DNA of 64,000 bases, taken from Polyangiaceae bacterium. Lineage in GTDB: Bacteria > Myxococcota_A > Polyangia > Polyangiales > Polyangiaceae. Below, in pieces: positions 9,130 through 18,634 of this stretch. The translations under genes and the position numbers were made by a program. Position 1 is the stretch's first letter; every line of letters begins with the position of its first letter. The notes beneath the pieces are model-generated. The model did no database searches. It was not told the origin of the DNA and saw only the letters and a program-made list of their open reading frames with translations. The stretch covers positions 480,001 through 544,000 of the forward strand of contig CBDCTZ010000011.1 in assembly GCA_965222375.1 (NCBI GenBank), given 5' to 3'.

Positions 9130-10161
9130 ATGGCTACACCGGAAGTAGCGCTCGACCTGGGACTCATCGAACGGGACTTCGCCAATGGACTGCTCTTGGA
9201 GCTCCAGGCCGCACTGCGCGCCACGCCCAAGGGGAGTCTCTTCGCCTTCACTTCGCCCCGGTCAAGCATGCGCGACGAGCTCGATCGCTGGTCCCGACTG
9301 ACCGAGAACTCGATTATCCTGCTCTCTGAGGTTCCCGGCGGTACACGATTCGTGGTGCGGAATGGGCCCGCGCCCAAGGAAGACTCCGTGCCCATCGGGC
9401 AGCGGGTCTGGCTCTACACGAACTTCAATTGCAACCTAGCCTGCGACTACTGCTGCGTGCGGTCCTCCCCCAAAGCGGCGCGCCGTGAACTAGGCCTGGA
9501 CGTGATTCGTGAGATTGCCGCCCAAGCGCCTGCCTTGGGTGTGCGAGAGCTGATGGTCACAGGGGGCGAACCGTTGCTACTCCCGGAGATCGCAGACATC
9601 CTCAGGGTCTGCGGCGAGGCGACGCCCACCACGGTGTTGACCAACGGGGTCCTGCTTCACGGCAAGCGCCTGCGCGAAATCGAGACGTTGGATCGCACGC
9701 GAATCGTGTTCCAGATCAGTTTGGACAGCGCAGACGCCGGCGCGCACGATGCGCATCGGGGGGACGGGAGTTGGCAACTGGCGATACGTGGCATCGAAGC
9801 GGCACGCCGCGCAGGCTTTCGTGTGCGACTCGCCGCGACCGTGGCGAGCGACGCAGAAGCCCGCGCGTTTCACGCGTTCCTCGATGAACAAGGGGTCGCG
9901 AGCGAGGACAGGGTCTTGCGGCCCATCGCCCAGCGAGGTGTTGCGGAACAAGGGGTAGCCATCGCAAGAACCGATCTTGCACCGGAGGTGACCATCACGA
10001 GCGACGGTGTGTACTGGCATCCGGTAGGCGCGGACGACCGTGATCTGTTCGTATGCGAGACCACCCTGCCACTGGAAAGGGCCTTCGCGGAAGTGCGTCG
10101 CGCCTACGAACGCGAAAGCGCACTTCGAGATCGACTACTCACTATCTTCCACTGTGCATGA
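9130..10161 (+). CDS. Radical SAM protein (Rv1681/MoeX-like) with N-terminal TusA/SirA-like domain
   Basis: WLYTNFNCNLACDYCC, TGGEP, QISLDS, PEVTITSDGVYWHPV, C-terminal FHCA. Confidence 0.85.
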   Translation: MATPEVALDLGLIERDFANGLLLELQAALRATPKGSLFAFTSPRSSMRDELDRWSRLTENSIILLSEVPGGTRFVVRNGPAPKEDSVPIGQRVWLYTNFNCNLACDYCCVRSSPKAARRELGLDVIREIAAQAPALGVRELMVTGGEPLLLPEIADILRVCGEATPTTVLTNGVLLHGKRLREIETLDRTRIVFQISLDSADAGAHDAHRGDGSWQLAIRGIEAARRAGFRVRLAATVASDAEARAFHAFLDEQGVASEDRVLRPIAQRGVAEQGVAIARTDLAPEVTITSDGVYWHPVGADDRDLFVCETTLPLERAFAEVRRAYERESALRDRLLTIFHCA

Positions 10162-10844
10162 TGATGAACCACGACGGTACCAGCTCGACGACGATCCACG
10201 ACAGGGTCGTTGGCGTGATGGCGCGCGCTCCATTGCCGGGTGCGTGCAAGACGCGGTTAGCGCAGAAGCTCGGAGACGACGCGGCCGCAGAACTGTATCA
10301 GGCAATGTTGATGGACACCTTGGCGGCCTACGAAGAGCTGCCGCTAGCGCGGCGAGTGCTCTTGGCGGCTCCGGAAAACGATGGGGAGCGACGCCTACGA
10401 GAGCTGGCACCCGCGTCTTGGCAGGTCCTGCCGCAACGAGGATGCGACCTCGGAAAGCGACTCGCCACAGCCCAAGCAGAGCTGCGCCCGGGCGCCGTGT
10501 TGTTGGTCAGCAGCGACTCGCCTGCCCCGCCCATCCCTGGAATACTCGAGGCTTTCGCGACTTGGCCGAGGGATGGACACGTGCTGCTAGGCCCTTGCAA
10601 CGACGGCGGCTACTACCTGATCGGATTGCCACGACCCGAGACGCGTCTCTTCAAGGGGATCTCATGGAGTACGCCGCGGGTAGTCGAGCAAACCCGTGCG
10701 CGATGCAGGGAAATCGGCGTGCCCCACCGTTTACTACCTCCTGCGGTCGACGTAGACGAGTTCACCGATGTGGCGCTCCTAGAGCAAGAGCTGGAGGGCT
10801 CGCCGAGTCTTGCTCCCAACACGCGAAGGTGGTTGACCCAGTGA
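10158..10844 (+). CDS. DUF2064/TIGR04282-type CofC-like transferase
   Basis: MARAPLPGACKTRL, QRGCDLGKRL, SDSP, LGPCNDGGYYLIG, ISWST, DVD; overlaps upstream stop (ATGA). Confidence 0.8.
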   Translation: MMMNHDGTSSTTIHDRVVGVMARAPLPGACKTRLAQKLGDDAAAELYQAMLMDTLAAYEELPLARRVLLAAPENDGERRLRELAPASWQVLPQRGCDLGKRLATAQAELRPGAVLLVSSDSPAPPIPGILEAFATWPRDGHVLLGPCNDGGYYLIGLPRPETRLFKGISWSTPRVVEQTRARCREIGVPHRLLPPAVDVDEFTDVALLEQELEGSPSLAPNTRRWLTQ

Positions 10845-11563
10845 TTGCCGCAGTCCTACCCGCGCTGGATGAGGAAGCCACCATTGCCTCGGTGGTTCGC
10901 GCGGTGAATCCTCACGTGGATGCGGTAATTGTCGTGGACAACGGTAGCCGTGATGCCACCGCCCTTCGCGCCATTGAGGCAGGTGCCGGCGTCGTACGTG
11001 AACCGCGTCGCGGCTATGGCCGCGCTTGCTTGAGAGGTGTGCAAGAAGCGCAGAAGCTCGGTGCTCGAGTCTTGGTCTTCCTCGATGCGGACGGTAGTGA
11101 CGATCCGAACGACATCCCGCGCTTGATCGCGCGGATTGGGGAAGGCCGCGCCGACTTTGTACTCGGCTGCCGCACGGCGGCCCGCATGGAGCCTGGCAGC
11201 ATGACCGCGCCGCAGCGCTTCGGTAATTGGCTGGCACCCCTGCTGATGCGTTGGTCCGCGGGTGCGCCGTACCACGACATGCCGCCGCTGAAGGCAATCT
11301 CCATGGCGCACTTCCACCTATTGGGCGTGCGTGACCCAGGGCACGGTTTCACCATCGAGCTCTTGATGAAGGCGCACGCGGCTGGCCTGCGCATCGAAGA
11401 GATCCCAGCCCGTGCACGCCGCCGAGCCGGCGGACGTTCCAAAGTGTCTGGGACCCTGGTGGGCACGATGCGAGCCTCGGCCAAGATCCTAGGCCTGGTT
11501 GCGCGATACGCGTTCGAGACACGATTCCAGCGACGCCGTACGTCGAGAAATGCTCATGCTTAG
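10841..11563 (+). CDS. Family 2 glycosyltransferase (polyprenol-phosphate sugar synthase-like)
   Basis: GTG start overlapping stop; PALDEE, VVDNGSRD, GYGRAC, FLDADGSD, RRRAGGRSKVSG. Confidence 0.85.
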   Translation: MIAAVLPALDEEATIASVVRAVNPHVDAVIVVDNGSRDATALRAIEAGAGVVREPRRGYGRACLRGVQEAQKLGARVLVFLDADGSDDPNDIPRLIARIGEGRADFVLGCRTAARMEPGSMTAPQRFGNWLAPLLMRWSAGAPYHDMPPLKAISMAHFHLLGVRDPGHGFTIELLMKAHAAGLRIEEIPARARRRAGGRSKVSGTLVGTMRASAKILGLVARYAFETRFQRRRTSRNAHA

Positions 11564-11588
11564 TCGATCCCAAACCCGCAGGAACCGA

Positions 11589-12914
11589 ATGTTCCACCTG
11601 CTCCTTCCTCTCGCTGTACTGATGGGCGCCTTGTGCTGGAGCGGTGACGCGCAGGCGTATCCATGGATGAACCGCCACTCCTATTTTGGCTGCGGCAACT
11701 GCCATACCGACCCAGGGGGCGGCGCGTTGCTCACCCCATACGGCCGCGCGCAAGCGGACCTATTGCTACGCATGCGCTACGGCGCTCCGGGTGGGGCAAG
11801 CACGACGACCGCCAGCACCACAGACGACTTCGACGACTTCGACGACTTCGACGATTTCAGCGAGTCGTCAGAAACGCCCGAAGCCGAACCGGCAAAGCCA
11901 CTCCCAGCGCCCGAGACTGTCGAGGACGAGGGGCCACCGGCGCCGCTCTGGGGTTTGCTGAAGACACCGGACTGGTTGCTGCTCGGAGGGGCCTACCGGC
12001 ACCTGACCTTGTACAAGCTCGGCGAGAGCGACAGCCTGAGAACCTTCCCGATGCAGATCGACGCGTACGGACAGGTCGAATTCGAGGGCATCTCCGCTGC
12101 GGGCACCGTCGGTCTGGCGAAGGTACCCGCTGGCTCACCTTTCGCCCGCAGAGCGCAAGTCACGGCAAACCAAGGCGACGAGTTGAACGTCATCTCCCGC
12201 ACCCACTGGCTCGGAATGCGACTGGACCCGTCCCTCCGTGTGCGCGTCGGTCGCCTGGACTTGCCCTTTGGCGTCCGCATACCAGAGCACATCATGTGGG
12301 TGCGCAGCGAGACGCGCACGGACCGTGAGTCTGCGCAACAACATGGGCTGGCGATCTCTTATGAAGGCGGCCCGCTGCGGGCGGAGCTCATGGGCATTTT
12401 CGGTAACTTCCAGCTGAGTCCGGACGAGCTGCGAGAGCGAGGCTACAGTGGTTATGCGGAGTACCGCGCGCACGATTCGATCTTCGTCGGTGCTAGCAGC
12501 CTCGTGACGCGCGCACAGGCTGATCTTCAAACGCTGGAGCCGCGCGTGACTCGCCAAGCGCACGGCCTATTCGCGCGCGCTCGCCTCATCAAGCCCCTCG
12601 TGATCTTGGCGGAGGGCAATGCTCTCCTGCGCTCACGCAGGGACGTGGGCTACGTCGGCTTCCTGCAGCTCGACTTCGAGCCGATTCAGGGGCTACACGT
12701 CGGCGCGACGGGTGAGGTCTTGGACCGCGGCTATCAGGACACCGGCGATCCATTCGACACCATCCGCAAAGAAGCGGGCTTCGGACGTCCGGCCTTCGGT
12801 GGCTGGCTCACCGTGGATTGGTTCTTCTTGCCGCAGCTCGAGGCCCGCATCGATGCCCTGATCCGTCAGGAAGAACCAGTAACCCTTCTTGCTCAACTAC
12901 ACGCATTCCTATGA
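11589..12914 (+). CDS. Putative outer-membrane beta-barrel with N-terminal CxxCH motif
   Basis: Signal peptide (AQA|YPW), CGNCH, alternating beta-strand pattern, C-terminal QLHAFL. Confidence 0.65.
   Translation: MFHLLLPLAVLMGALCWSGDAQAYPWMNRHSYFGCGNCHTDPGGGALLTPYGRAQADLLLRMRYGAPGGASTTTASTTDDFDDFDDFDDFSESSETPEAEPAKPLPAPETVEDEGPPAPLWGLLKTPDWLLLGGAYRHLTLYKLGESDSLRTFPMQIDAYGQVEFEGISAAGTVGLAKVPAGSPFARRAQVTANQGDELNVISRTHWLGMRLDPSLRVRVGRLDLPFGVRIPEHIMWVRSETRTDRESAQQHGLAISYEGGPLRAELMGIFGNFQLSPDELRERGYSGYAEYRAHDSIFVGASSLVTRAQADLQTLEPRVTRQAHGLFARARLIKPLVILAEGNALLRSRRDVGYVGFLQLDFEPIQGLHVGATGEVLDRGYQDTGDPFDTIRKEAGFGRPAFGGWLTVDWFFLPQLEARIDALIRQEEPVTLLAQLHAFL
11823..11858 (+). repeat. In-frame 9-bp tandem repeat (GACGAYTTC)x4 encoding DDF x4
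   Basis: Directly visible. Confidence 0.9.
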
Positions 12915-13396
12915 ACACGCTCAAGACAAGCCTACTAAGCCTTGCATTCTCCGCCTGGGCGTCGAGCGCGGCCGCATCGCCAGACTACCCGGGTTTGCTG
13001 CAGGAGCAGCTGGACATGCCCTGCGTAACCCAGTGCACCGTTTGTCATCGTGATACGGGCGGCGGTCGCGGGACGGTGGTCACGTCCTTCGGCGTGGCGA
13101 TGATCGAGGAGGGACTCCGCGGCAATGACTCGACGACGATGGCGAAAGCCATCGCCGGCATGGACGCGGGCCAGTACGACAGCGACGGCGACGGCAACAG
13201 CGACTTGAACGAGTTGCGCGAAGGCAACAACCCGAACCAGTCCGGCGATGGCCTGCTCTGCGCCCAATATGGCTGTGGCGCGCACGTCGCGCCGGCGGGC
13301 GAGACTACGCCAACGGCGGGATTTATCTTGGGAGGTCTTCTCGGCCTGGCGGCCCTGCGCATGCGCAGCGTCCGAAGAAGGAGTCGAAGGTCATGA
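12911..13396 (+). CDS. Secreted CxxCH protein with Ca-binding DxDGDG motif and MYXO-CTERM-like tail
   Basis: Signal peptide, CTVCH, DSDGDGNSD..EL, GCG-linker-TM-RRR tail. Confidence 0.7.
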   Translation: MNTLKTSLLSLAFSAWASSAAASPDYPGLLQEQLDMPCVTQCTVCHRDTGGGRGTVVTSFGVAMIEEGLRGNDSTTMAKAIAGMDAGQYDSDGDGNSDLNELREGNNPNQSGDGLLCAQYGCGAHVAPAGETTPTAGFILGGLLGLAALRMRSVRRRSRRS

Positions 13397-14085
13397 ACGC
13401 GAGCTGGAAAGGGGCGGCCGCAACGCTCGCCTTGGCCGCAGTGTCCTGCACCGCGACGCCAGAGGAAGCAGAGCTCCGCATCAAGGTGGTCAACGCGACG
13501 ACGCGCGCGCCTTTGCCCAATACGTTGATCTCCATCGAAAAAGGCGGGATCTACGTCAAGAACCCGGACACGTCCCGGGGCAGTCCGGCCTACGTTTACG
13601 GCGCGGTAACGGGCGCAGCGGGAACCGCGCGTTTGCAGATCCCGACCGACGACGTCGGCGTGCACACGTTCTTGGCAGGCTACTACTACGGCTCTCGATT
13701 GATCGAGTTCGACCAAGATCTGGGCATCACCGTGAGCATGGAGACTTTTCAAAACAACGAGACGCCACCTTCCGTGACCAATGCAAAGCTGGAGCCGGCT
13801 GTCGTTGCTCCGGGGGCATCCTTTACTCTGTCCGCGGACGTCAATCGTGGGGATGCGGACGATCCTTTGTCCGATGAAGTCGTGGTCGTGTTCGGGGAAG
13901 CACATTTCTCACGGGCGCTGGATCCTCCGTCCGCAGGCGTTCAGGGCAAGGGCTTTCCGGACGGCCTGTGGAAGACCACTTTGACGGCGCCAAACTCCCC
14001 GGGCACCTATACGTATCACCTGGCAGCCACCTCCGAGCACTGTGTCACTAGTGACCCCATCGCACTCACTCTGGACGTTCAGTAG
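13393..14085 (+). CDS. Lipoprotein with carboxypeptidase-regulatory-like/Ig-like beta domains
   Basis: Lipobox AVSC; translationally coupled to upstream gene. Confidence 0.65.
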   Translation: MNASWKGAAATLALAAVSCTATPEEAELRIKVVNATTRAPLPNTLISIEKGGIYVKNPDTSRGSPAYVYGAVTGAAGTARLQIPTDDVGVHTFLAGYYYGSRLIEFDQDLGITVSMETFQNNETPPSVTNAKLEPAVVAPGASFTLSADVNRGDADDPLSDEVVVVFGEAHFSRALDPPSAGVQGKGFPDGLWKTTLTAPNSPGTYTYHLAATSEHCVTSDPIALTLDVQ

Positions 14086-14506
14086 CCTCGCGCTGGTCAC
14101 AGTCTCCACCCTCGCCGCAGGTTGCGGCGATTCCGAGGGCGCGGTGTGGCTGGACGACGACGGGCCACGCCCCGGCTGCATCGACGGCAAACGTGAAGAG
14201 CAGAGACACGGGACCGCGTGTCTCTGCTGTCACTCTGCGGAGTTTGGTGTGGCCGGCTCAGTGGACCGCGAGGGTCCGCCCGTCGTGCGCGTCGTGGTCT
14301 CCGACGGCCACGGCAACGTCGCAGATGCCGTTCCCAACGGCTTCGGAAATTTCTTCCGTCATTTGAAGCTCACGCCTCCCTTGCGCGCGACGGTGTACGG
14401 TGCGGACGGCCGCACTCTGACGATGCGGGCACCCGCAAGCTCCGGTGACTGCAACTCGTGTCACCGACGAGGCGGCGAGGCCGAGCCCATCCACGGCCCC
14501 CCGTGA
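14042..14506 (+). CDS. Di-heme c-type cytochrome lipoprotein (start uncertain)
   Basis: Lipobox LAAGC; CLCCH and CNSCH motifs. Confidence 0.7.
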   Translation: MSLVTPSHSLWTFSSLALVTVSTLAAGCGDSEGAVWLDDDGPRPGCIDGKREEQRHGTACLCCHSAEFGVAGSVDREGPPVVRVVVSDGHGNVADAVPNGFGNFFRHLKLTPPLRATVYGADGRTLTMRAPASSGDCNSCHRRGGEAEPIHGPP

Positions 14507-14993
14507 GCCGCTTGGTCACTCTGCACCTTGCTCGGAACTCGAAGCGGAAGAGAGAACTGGAACGGCCAGCAGGATGGGACCTTTGCGGGGATTTGTACGG
14601 GAACCGACGCGGGATGCTCGACTTCTTGCACGGTGCTGCGAGTTTGAATGTGTGGGAAGCAGCGACGGTTCCGGTCTCGAGGCCCGGCGGAAAATGTCGG
14701 TGCTCAATGTCGGCCGTGAACAACACCACATCAGGACGCTGGCGCAGCAGCTGGAGGACGCTACGGATCGCGTCAGGTTCAACCTAGGCGAGGGCGCCTA
14801 CTCCGACCCGATGGACCGGGTCTCATCGTGGCGGAGCTGCGGCGCAGCGAGAGTTGCGGGGTCAGAGGCCGAGGCAGAGCCGGCGGCAGTGGCCGCCATG
14901 GAATTTCGCGCTGCGGGCATCGGACACCTGAGAGTGTTTCAACCTGCGCTGCGCTTGACCGGGCGAAAGTCGGGCCGTAGTGTGGCTCACTCA

Positions 14994-15629
14994 ATGGCCT
15001 TCGAGCCCCAAGTCCCAGCGGGGCACTACAAGGGCCCAGCCTACGACAACAAAGAGCGCTTCCTCTCGTACTGGATGCAGGTCAATGAGGTAATGCGCGT
15101 CACGCCCGAGCGTGTGTTGGAGGTCGGCATCGGAAACGGATTCGTGCACAAGTACCTGCGCGAAAACGGAGTCGACATGCACACCTGTGACGCCGATGAT
15201 CGTTTGGAACCGGACACGGTCGGCCTCGTGACCGAGCTCCCCTTCGAGGACGGAGAGTTCGACGTCGCTTGTTGCTTTGAAACGCTGGAGCACTTGCCTT
15301 TCGAGCAGTTTCGCCCGGCGACGAGGGAGCTCGCGCGAGTAGCACGCCGCTGGGTCCTGCTCAGCCTTCCGGACGTCACGCCTTACGCTCGCATTCTCGT
15401 GGAGTGGGGCTTCCAGAAGAAGCGCGCGGACAGTTTCTTCGACCTGCGGGACCGGTCCCCAGCGGAACACCGCTTCGACGGACAGCACTACTGGGAGGTG
15501 GGCAAGCGCGGATATCCACTCTCCCGCATCGTTTCGGAACTCGAATCCGCCGGGCTGATCGTGGAAGACACGCCGCGTCTGCAGGAAGATGCTTGGCATC
15601 GTTTCTTTCGCTGCTGCGTGGCGCGCTGA
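14994..15629 (+). CDS. Class I SAM-dependent methyltransferase
   Basis: VLEVGIGNG, LPFEDGEFD, ETLEHLP, HYWEVG. Confidence 0.85.
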   Translation: MAFEPQVPAGHYKGPAYDNKERFLSYWMQVNEVMRVTPERVLEVGIGNGFVHKYLRENGVDMHTCDADDRLEPDTVGLVTELPFEDGEFDVACCFETLEHLPFEQFRPATRELARVARRWVLLSLPDVTPYARILVEWGFQKKRADSFFDLRDRSPAEHRFDGQHYWEVGKRGYPLSRIVSELESAGLIVEDTPRLQEDAWHRFFRCCVAR

Positions 15630-15643
15630 AGAGAACCAGTCAC

Positions 15644-16948
15644 ATGTTCGAGGGCGGCGTTGGGCGCATCATGGCGAAGGGTGCCGCCTGGGTCACCCTG
15701 GGTGAGGTACTAGCCGGTGCGGTGGCCTTGTGCACCAGCATCCTGGCGGCGCGCATTCTCCACCCGACGGACTTCGGTTTGATGGGAACCGTGATGCTGA
15801 CCATTGCCGTGCTGGACTCCTTGACGACCACGGGCTTCAGACAGGCGCTTGTACAGCGTGACGCCGAGGTCGAGTCCTTGCTGAACGTGGCTTGGACCTG
15901 GCACGTCCTGCGCGGTTTCTTGATCGCCGCGGTGCTGTTGCTGATGGCGCCAGTGATCGCCAATTGGTACGAAGAACCAAGACTGCAAGCCTTGATCATG
16001 GTCGCGACGCTGTACGCGATCTTCCAGGGGTTTCAGAACACGGGGACTGTGTCCTTCGAGCGCAGGTTGGACTTTCGCACTCAGTTCTTGATCAAAATGG
16101 CGCCGGCCGTGTTCAGCGTGGTCGTGTTCCTGCCAGCGCTGATTCTGCTGAAAAACGTATGGGCGCTGGTGATCGGTACCGTCGGCGGCGCCGCGGCCCA
16201 GCTCGGGGTCTCCTATTGGTCCCAACCGTTCCGCCCGCGCTTCGAGTGGAACGGCGAGAAACTGCGGCAGCTCTTTGGCTTTGGGCGCTGGATCACCGGC
16301 GCCACGGTGATGATCTTCATCATCACGCAGGGAGATGACATTTTCGTGAGCAAGTACCTGGGGCTCACGGCCTTGGGCTTCTACCAACTCGCCTACAGCA
16401 TCTCCAACCTGCCTGCCACGCACATCACGCATGTGGTCTCCCGAGTGAGCTTTCCCACCTACTCGCGGCTCCAGCATCGGCGCGAAGAACTGCGCGCGGC
16501 TTTCCTGCGCGTGATGCGCGTCACTCTCACAATTGCAGCTCCCCTGACGGTGTTCGTCTGGAGCTTCATTCCCGAGTTTTGCGATTGGGTCATCGGCTCC
16601 AAGTGGCTGCCCATCGTACCCCTCGTGCGCATCTTGGTCGCCGCCGGTTTTCTGCGGGCCTTTGCCGCGCTCGCCGGCCCCGTCTTTCAAGGATCCGGGC
16701 ACCCGGACCTGGACTTCAAGATGAACTCTCCGCGCCTCATCTGCACAGTCGCCCTGATCTGGCCCGCCTGCGCTATGTGGGGACTGGAAGGTGCATGCTG
16801 GGTGGTGTTGTTGGCAATCTGCTCTACGCTGCCAATCTGGTTCTACGGCATGCGCAAGATCCTCGGAGTCGGAATACTGGATGTGGCGTGTGCGGGGCGC
16901 CTGGGGCTTCTTGCCAGCGTGCCCATCGCACTCCTCGGGTGGTGGTAG
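15644..16948 (+). CDS. Polysaccharide flippase (PST/WzxC family)
   Basis: LAARILHPTDFGL, ALVQ, LGFYQLAY, FPTYSRLQ, GSKWLP; multi-TM. Confidence 0.85.
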   Translation: MFEGGVGRIMAKGAAWVTLGEVLAGAVALCTSILAARILHPTDFGLMGTVMLTIAVLDSLTTTGFRQALVQRDAEVESLLNVAWTWHVLRGFLIAAVLLLMAPVIANWYEEPRLQALIMVATLYAIFQGFQNTGTVSFERRLDFRTQFLIKMAPAVFSVVVFLPALILLKNVWALVIGTVGGAAAQLGVSYWSQPFRPRFEWNGEKLRQLFGFGRWITGATVMIFIITQGDDIFVSKYLGLTALGFYQLAYSISNLPATHITHVVSRVSFPTYSRLQHRREELRAAFLRVMRVTLTIAAPLTVFVWSFIPEFCDWVIGSKWLPIVPLVRILVAAGFLRAFAALAGPVFQGSGHPDLDFKMNSPRLICTVALIWPACAMWGLEGACWVVLLAICSTLPIWFYGMRKILGVGILDVACAGRLGLLASVPIALLGWW

Positions 16949-16952
16949 TCAC

Positions 16953-17861
16953 ATGCCGCACCCCGTCGTCAGTGTCATCGTACCTGCCTTTCGGCAGGCG
17001 TCGCTGATTGCCGCCACCTTGGACTCCGTCGCGGCACAAACTCTGCGGGAGGAAGTGGAAGTTATCGTGGTCGAGGACGGCTGTCCCGAAGGCAGTGGCG
17101 ACGTAGCTGCAGCACACCCACTCGTCCCTCGCGTGATCCGTCAGTCGAATCAGGGTGTCACGGCTGCGCGCAATGCTGGCATCTCGGTGGCCCGTGGCGA
17201 GTACATTGCGTTCCTCGACGCCGACGACCAATGGCTACCGGAGAAGCTGGAGATCCAAGTAGCCCGGCTGCGTCGCACGAGGGAAGCGGCACTCAGTTTC
17301 AGCGCGTATTTGATGGTGGATGACCAGGGCATCGAGGTGCCAGGCGGCGCACAACCCGGCGAATTCGGCGACCCCGGGCCGCGGACGCTATTCCGCGGAA
17401 ACTACATTGGGTGTCTCACCGCCCTCGTCCACAGAACCTGTCTCAAAGAGGTCGGGGGTTTTCCGGTATCTGCGGCACTGCAGCGTGGAGGCCAAGACTA
17501 CGCGCTTTGGCTTCGACTTTCGCTGCGCTTTCCGCTCTTCTACGAGCCTCGAGTTCTTGCGAAGTACGTGCAACACGGAGGCAACCGCGTCGGACTCGAC
17601 ACCGTGAGGAATTTCGAAGGTGCCCTCAACGCGATCGGCGCGGTGTGGGAGCGAGATGCCGCCCTCTGTGAGCGCGTACTAGGTCGTCGCTTTTCGACTC
17701 TCGTTCTCCGACAGGCGCGCCTCGCGTGCCGCCGCCTTGTCGCCGAGGGCAACTTCGAGCGCGCAGCGTGGGCGAGAGTCGCGGAGTTGGTGCGCGAAAG
17801 CCTGCGGCAGGGTCCCCAAGCTCATGTCGCGATCTGGCCCCAGCCTTTGGAGCCTGTCTAG
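16953..17861 (+). CDS. Family 2 glycosyltransferase
   Basis: VSVIVPAF, VVEDG, NQGVTAARN.G, FLDADD.W, QDY.LWLR. Confidence 0.9.
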   Translation: MPHPVVSVIVPAFRQASLIAATLDSVAAQTLREEVEVIVVEDGCPEGSGDVAAAHPLVPRVIRQSNQGVTAARNAGISVARGEYIAFLDADDQWLPEKLEIQVARLRRTREAALSFSAYLMVDDQGIEVPGGAQPGEFGDPGPRTLFRGNYIGCLTALVHRTCLKEVGGFPVSAALQRGGQDYALWLRLSLRFPLFYEPRVLAKYVQHGGNRVGLDTVRNFEGALNAIGAVWERDAALCERVLGRRFSTLVLRQARLACRRLVAEGNFERAAWARVAELVRESLRQGPQAHVAIWPQPLEPV

Positions 17862-17989
17862 CGCGCGCTTCGCACACTTGCTCGTCGGTCGATCGGGTTG
17901 GCGGGCCGCCCCGGACGTCATCGGCCCCGCGCTGGGTTCGGCTTGCGGCGACAGCCGCGCTGCGCCGCATCTTGCTGACACCGCCATTG

Positions 17990-18130
17990 TTCCGAATTAA
18001 CCCTCATCTCCATATTTTGCTCCTAGACGGCGTGTACGCTCCCACCGAAGCAGGCAACCTGGAGTTCACACCGCTGCCTGAGTTCGCTGACGCGGACGTT
18101 GCCGACGTGCTGCAAGTGATCGAGGTGCAT
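17990..18130 (+). mobile_element. IS91/ISCR-family transposase remnant (HUH motif region)
   Basis: RINPHLHILLLDGVYAP...DADVADVLQVI. Confidence 0.7.
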
Positions 18131-18380
18131 ATAAGTGGTCCGTTCTCGATTTTTGTTGTTGGGGCTGTTCGTATTTGTGTCTCCCAACTACGGCGGCACA
18201 CCAACCGACGCGAGGGTTGCCCGGTCGATGCCGCCTGGCGCGCTGGAGCCGCCAACTCACCGCTGGGCGCCGGGGTCGGCGAGTAGCGCGTCGAGCTTTG
18301 CGTCCAGATCGCGCGAAGACCACAGGAGCGTGCAAACCCGTCGGCCCCATCCAGAACTGCTGTGCTTGGATGGGGTGTAG

Positions 18381-18555
18381 CGATAGATGCATGGGCCTGA
18401 TTCGGTCACTCATCGGACACCTCGCTTTCCGTCCTGCGCACTTCGACTGCCTCCAGCAGCAGCTCGGCAAGGTACTTGACGAGTCGAGCCTCTTGTTCCT
18501 GGTCCAGACCCAGTTGTGTCTGAACTTCTGGCCGCACTCGAGCCAGGAAGCTCAT
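18381..18555 (-). mobile_element. Remnant of a serine-recombinase element: 49-aa ORF coupled to the first codons of a recombinase-like gene
   Basis: MSFLAR...LVKYLAELLLEAV...EVSDE* overlapping MSDRIRPMHLS, then similarity ends. Confidence 0.4.
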
Positions 18556-18634
18556 TTGTGCGCTTCGCCGGTTCCGTTGCTTGCCACCTCAACCAGCAAC
18601 ACCTGTGTGGGAGCCCTATGCTAATCTTGGACCC

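Noticed and set aside
7986..9395. 469-aa antisense ORF (and similar long shadows such as 45636..46907, 15710..16702, 54132..55382)
   Set aside because: Antisense shadows of well-supported genes in high-GC DNA; no motifs
10040..10840. Long N-terminal extension of the GT2 ORF
   Set aside because: Overlaps the DUF2064 gene in another frame; the GT2 domain begins at GTG 10841
11823..11858. Short repeat as a CRISPR array or phase-variation tract
   Set aside because: In-frame 9-bp coding repeat with no spacers; no cas genes or repeat-spacer array seen anywhere in the window
14510..14990. Possible gene between the cytochrome cluster and the methyltransferase
   Set aside because: No frame gives a recognisable protein; the upstream extension of ORF 14445 looks non-coding
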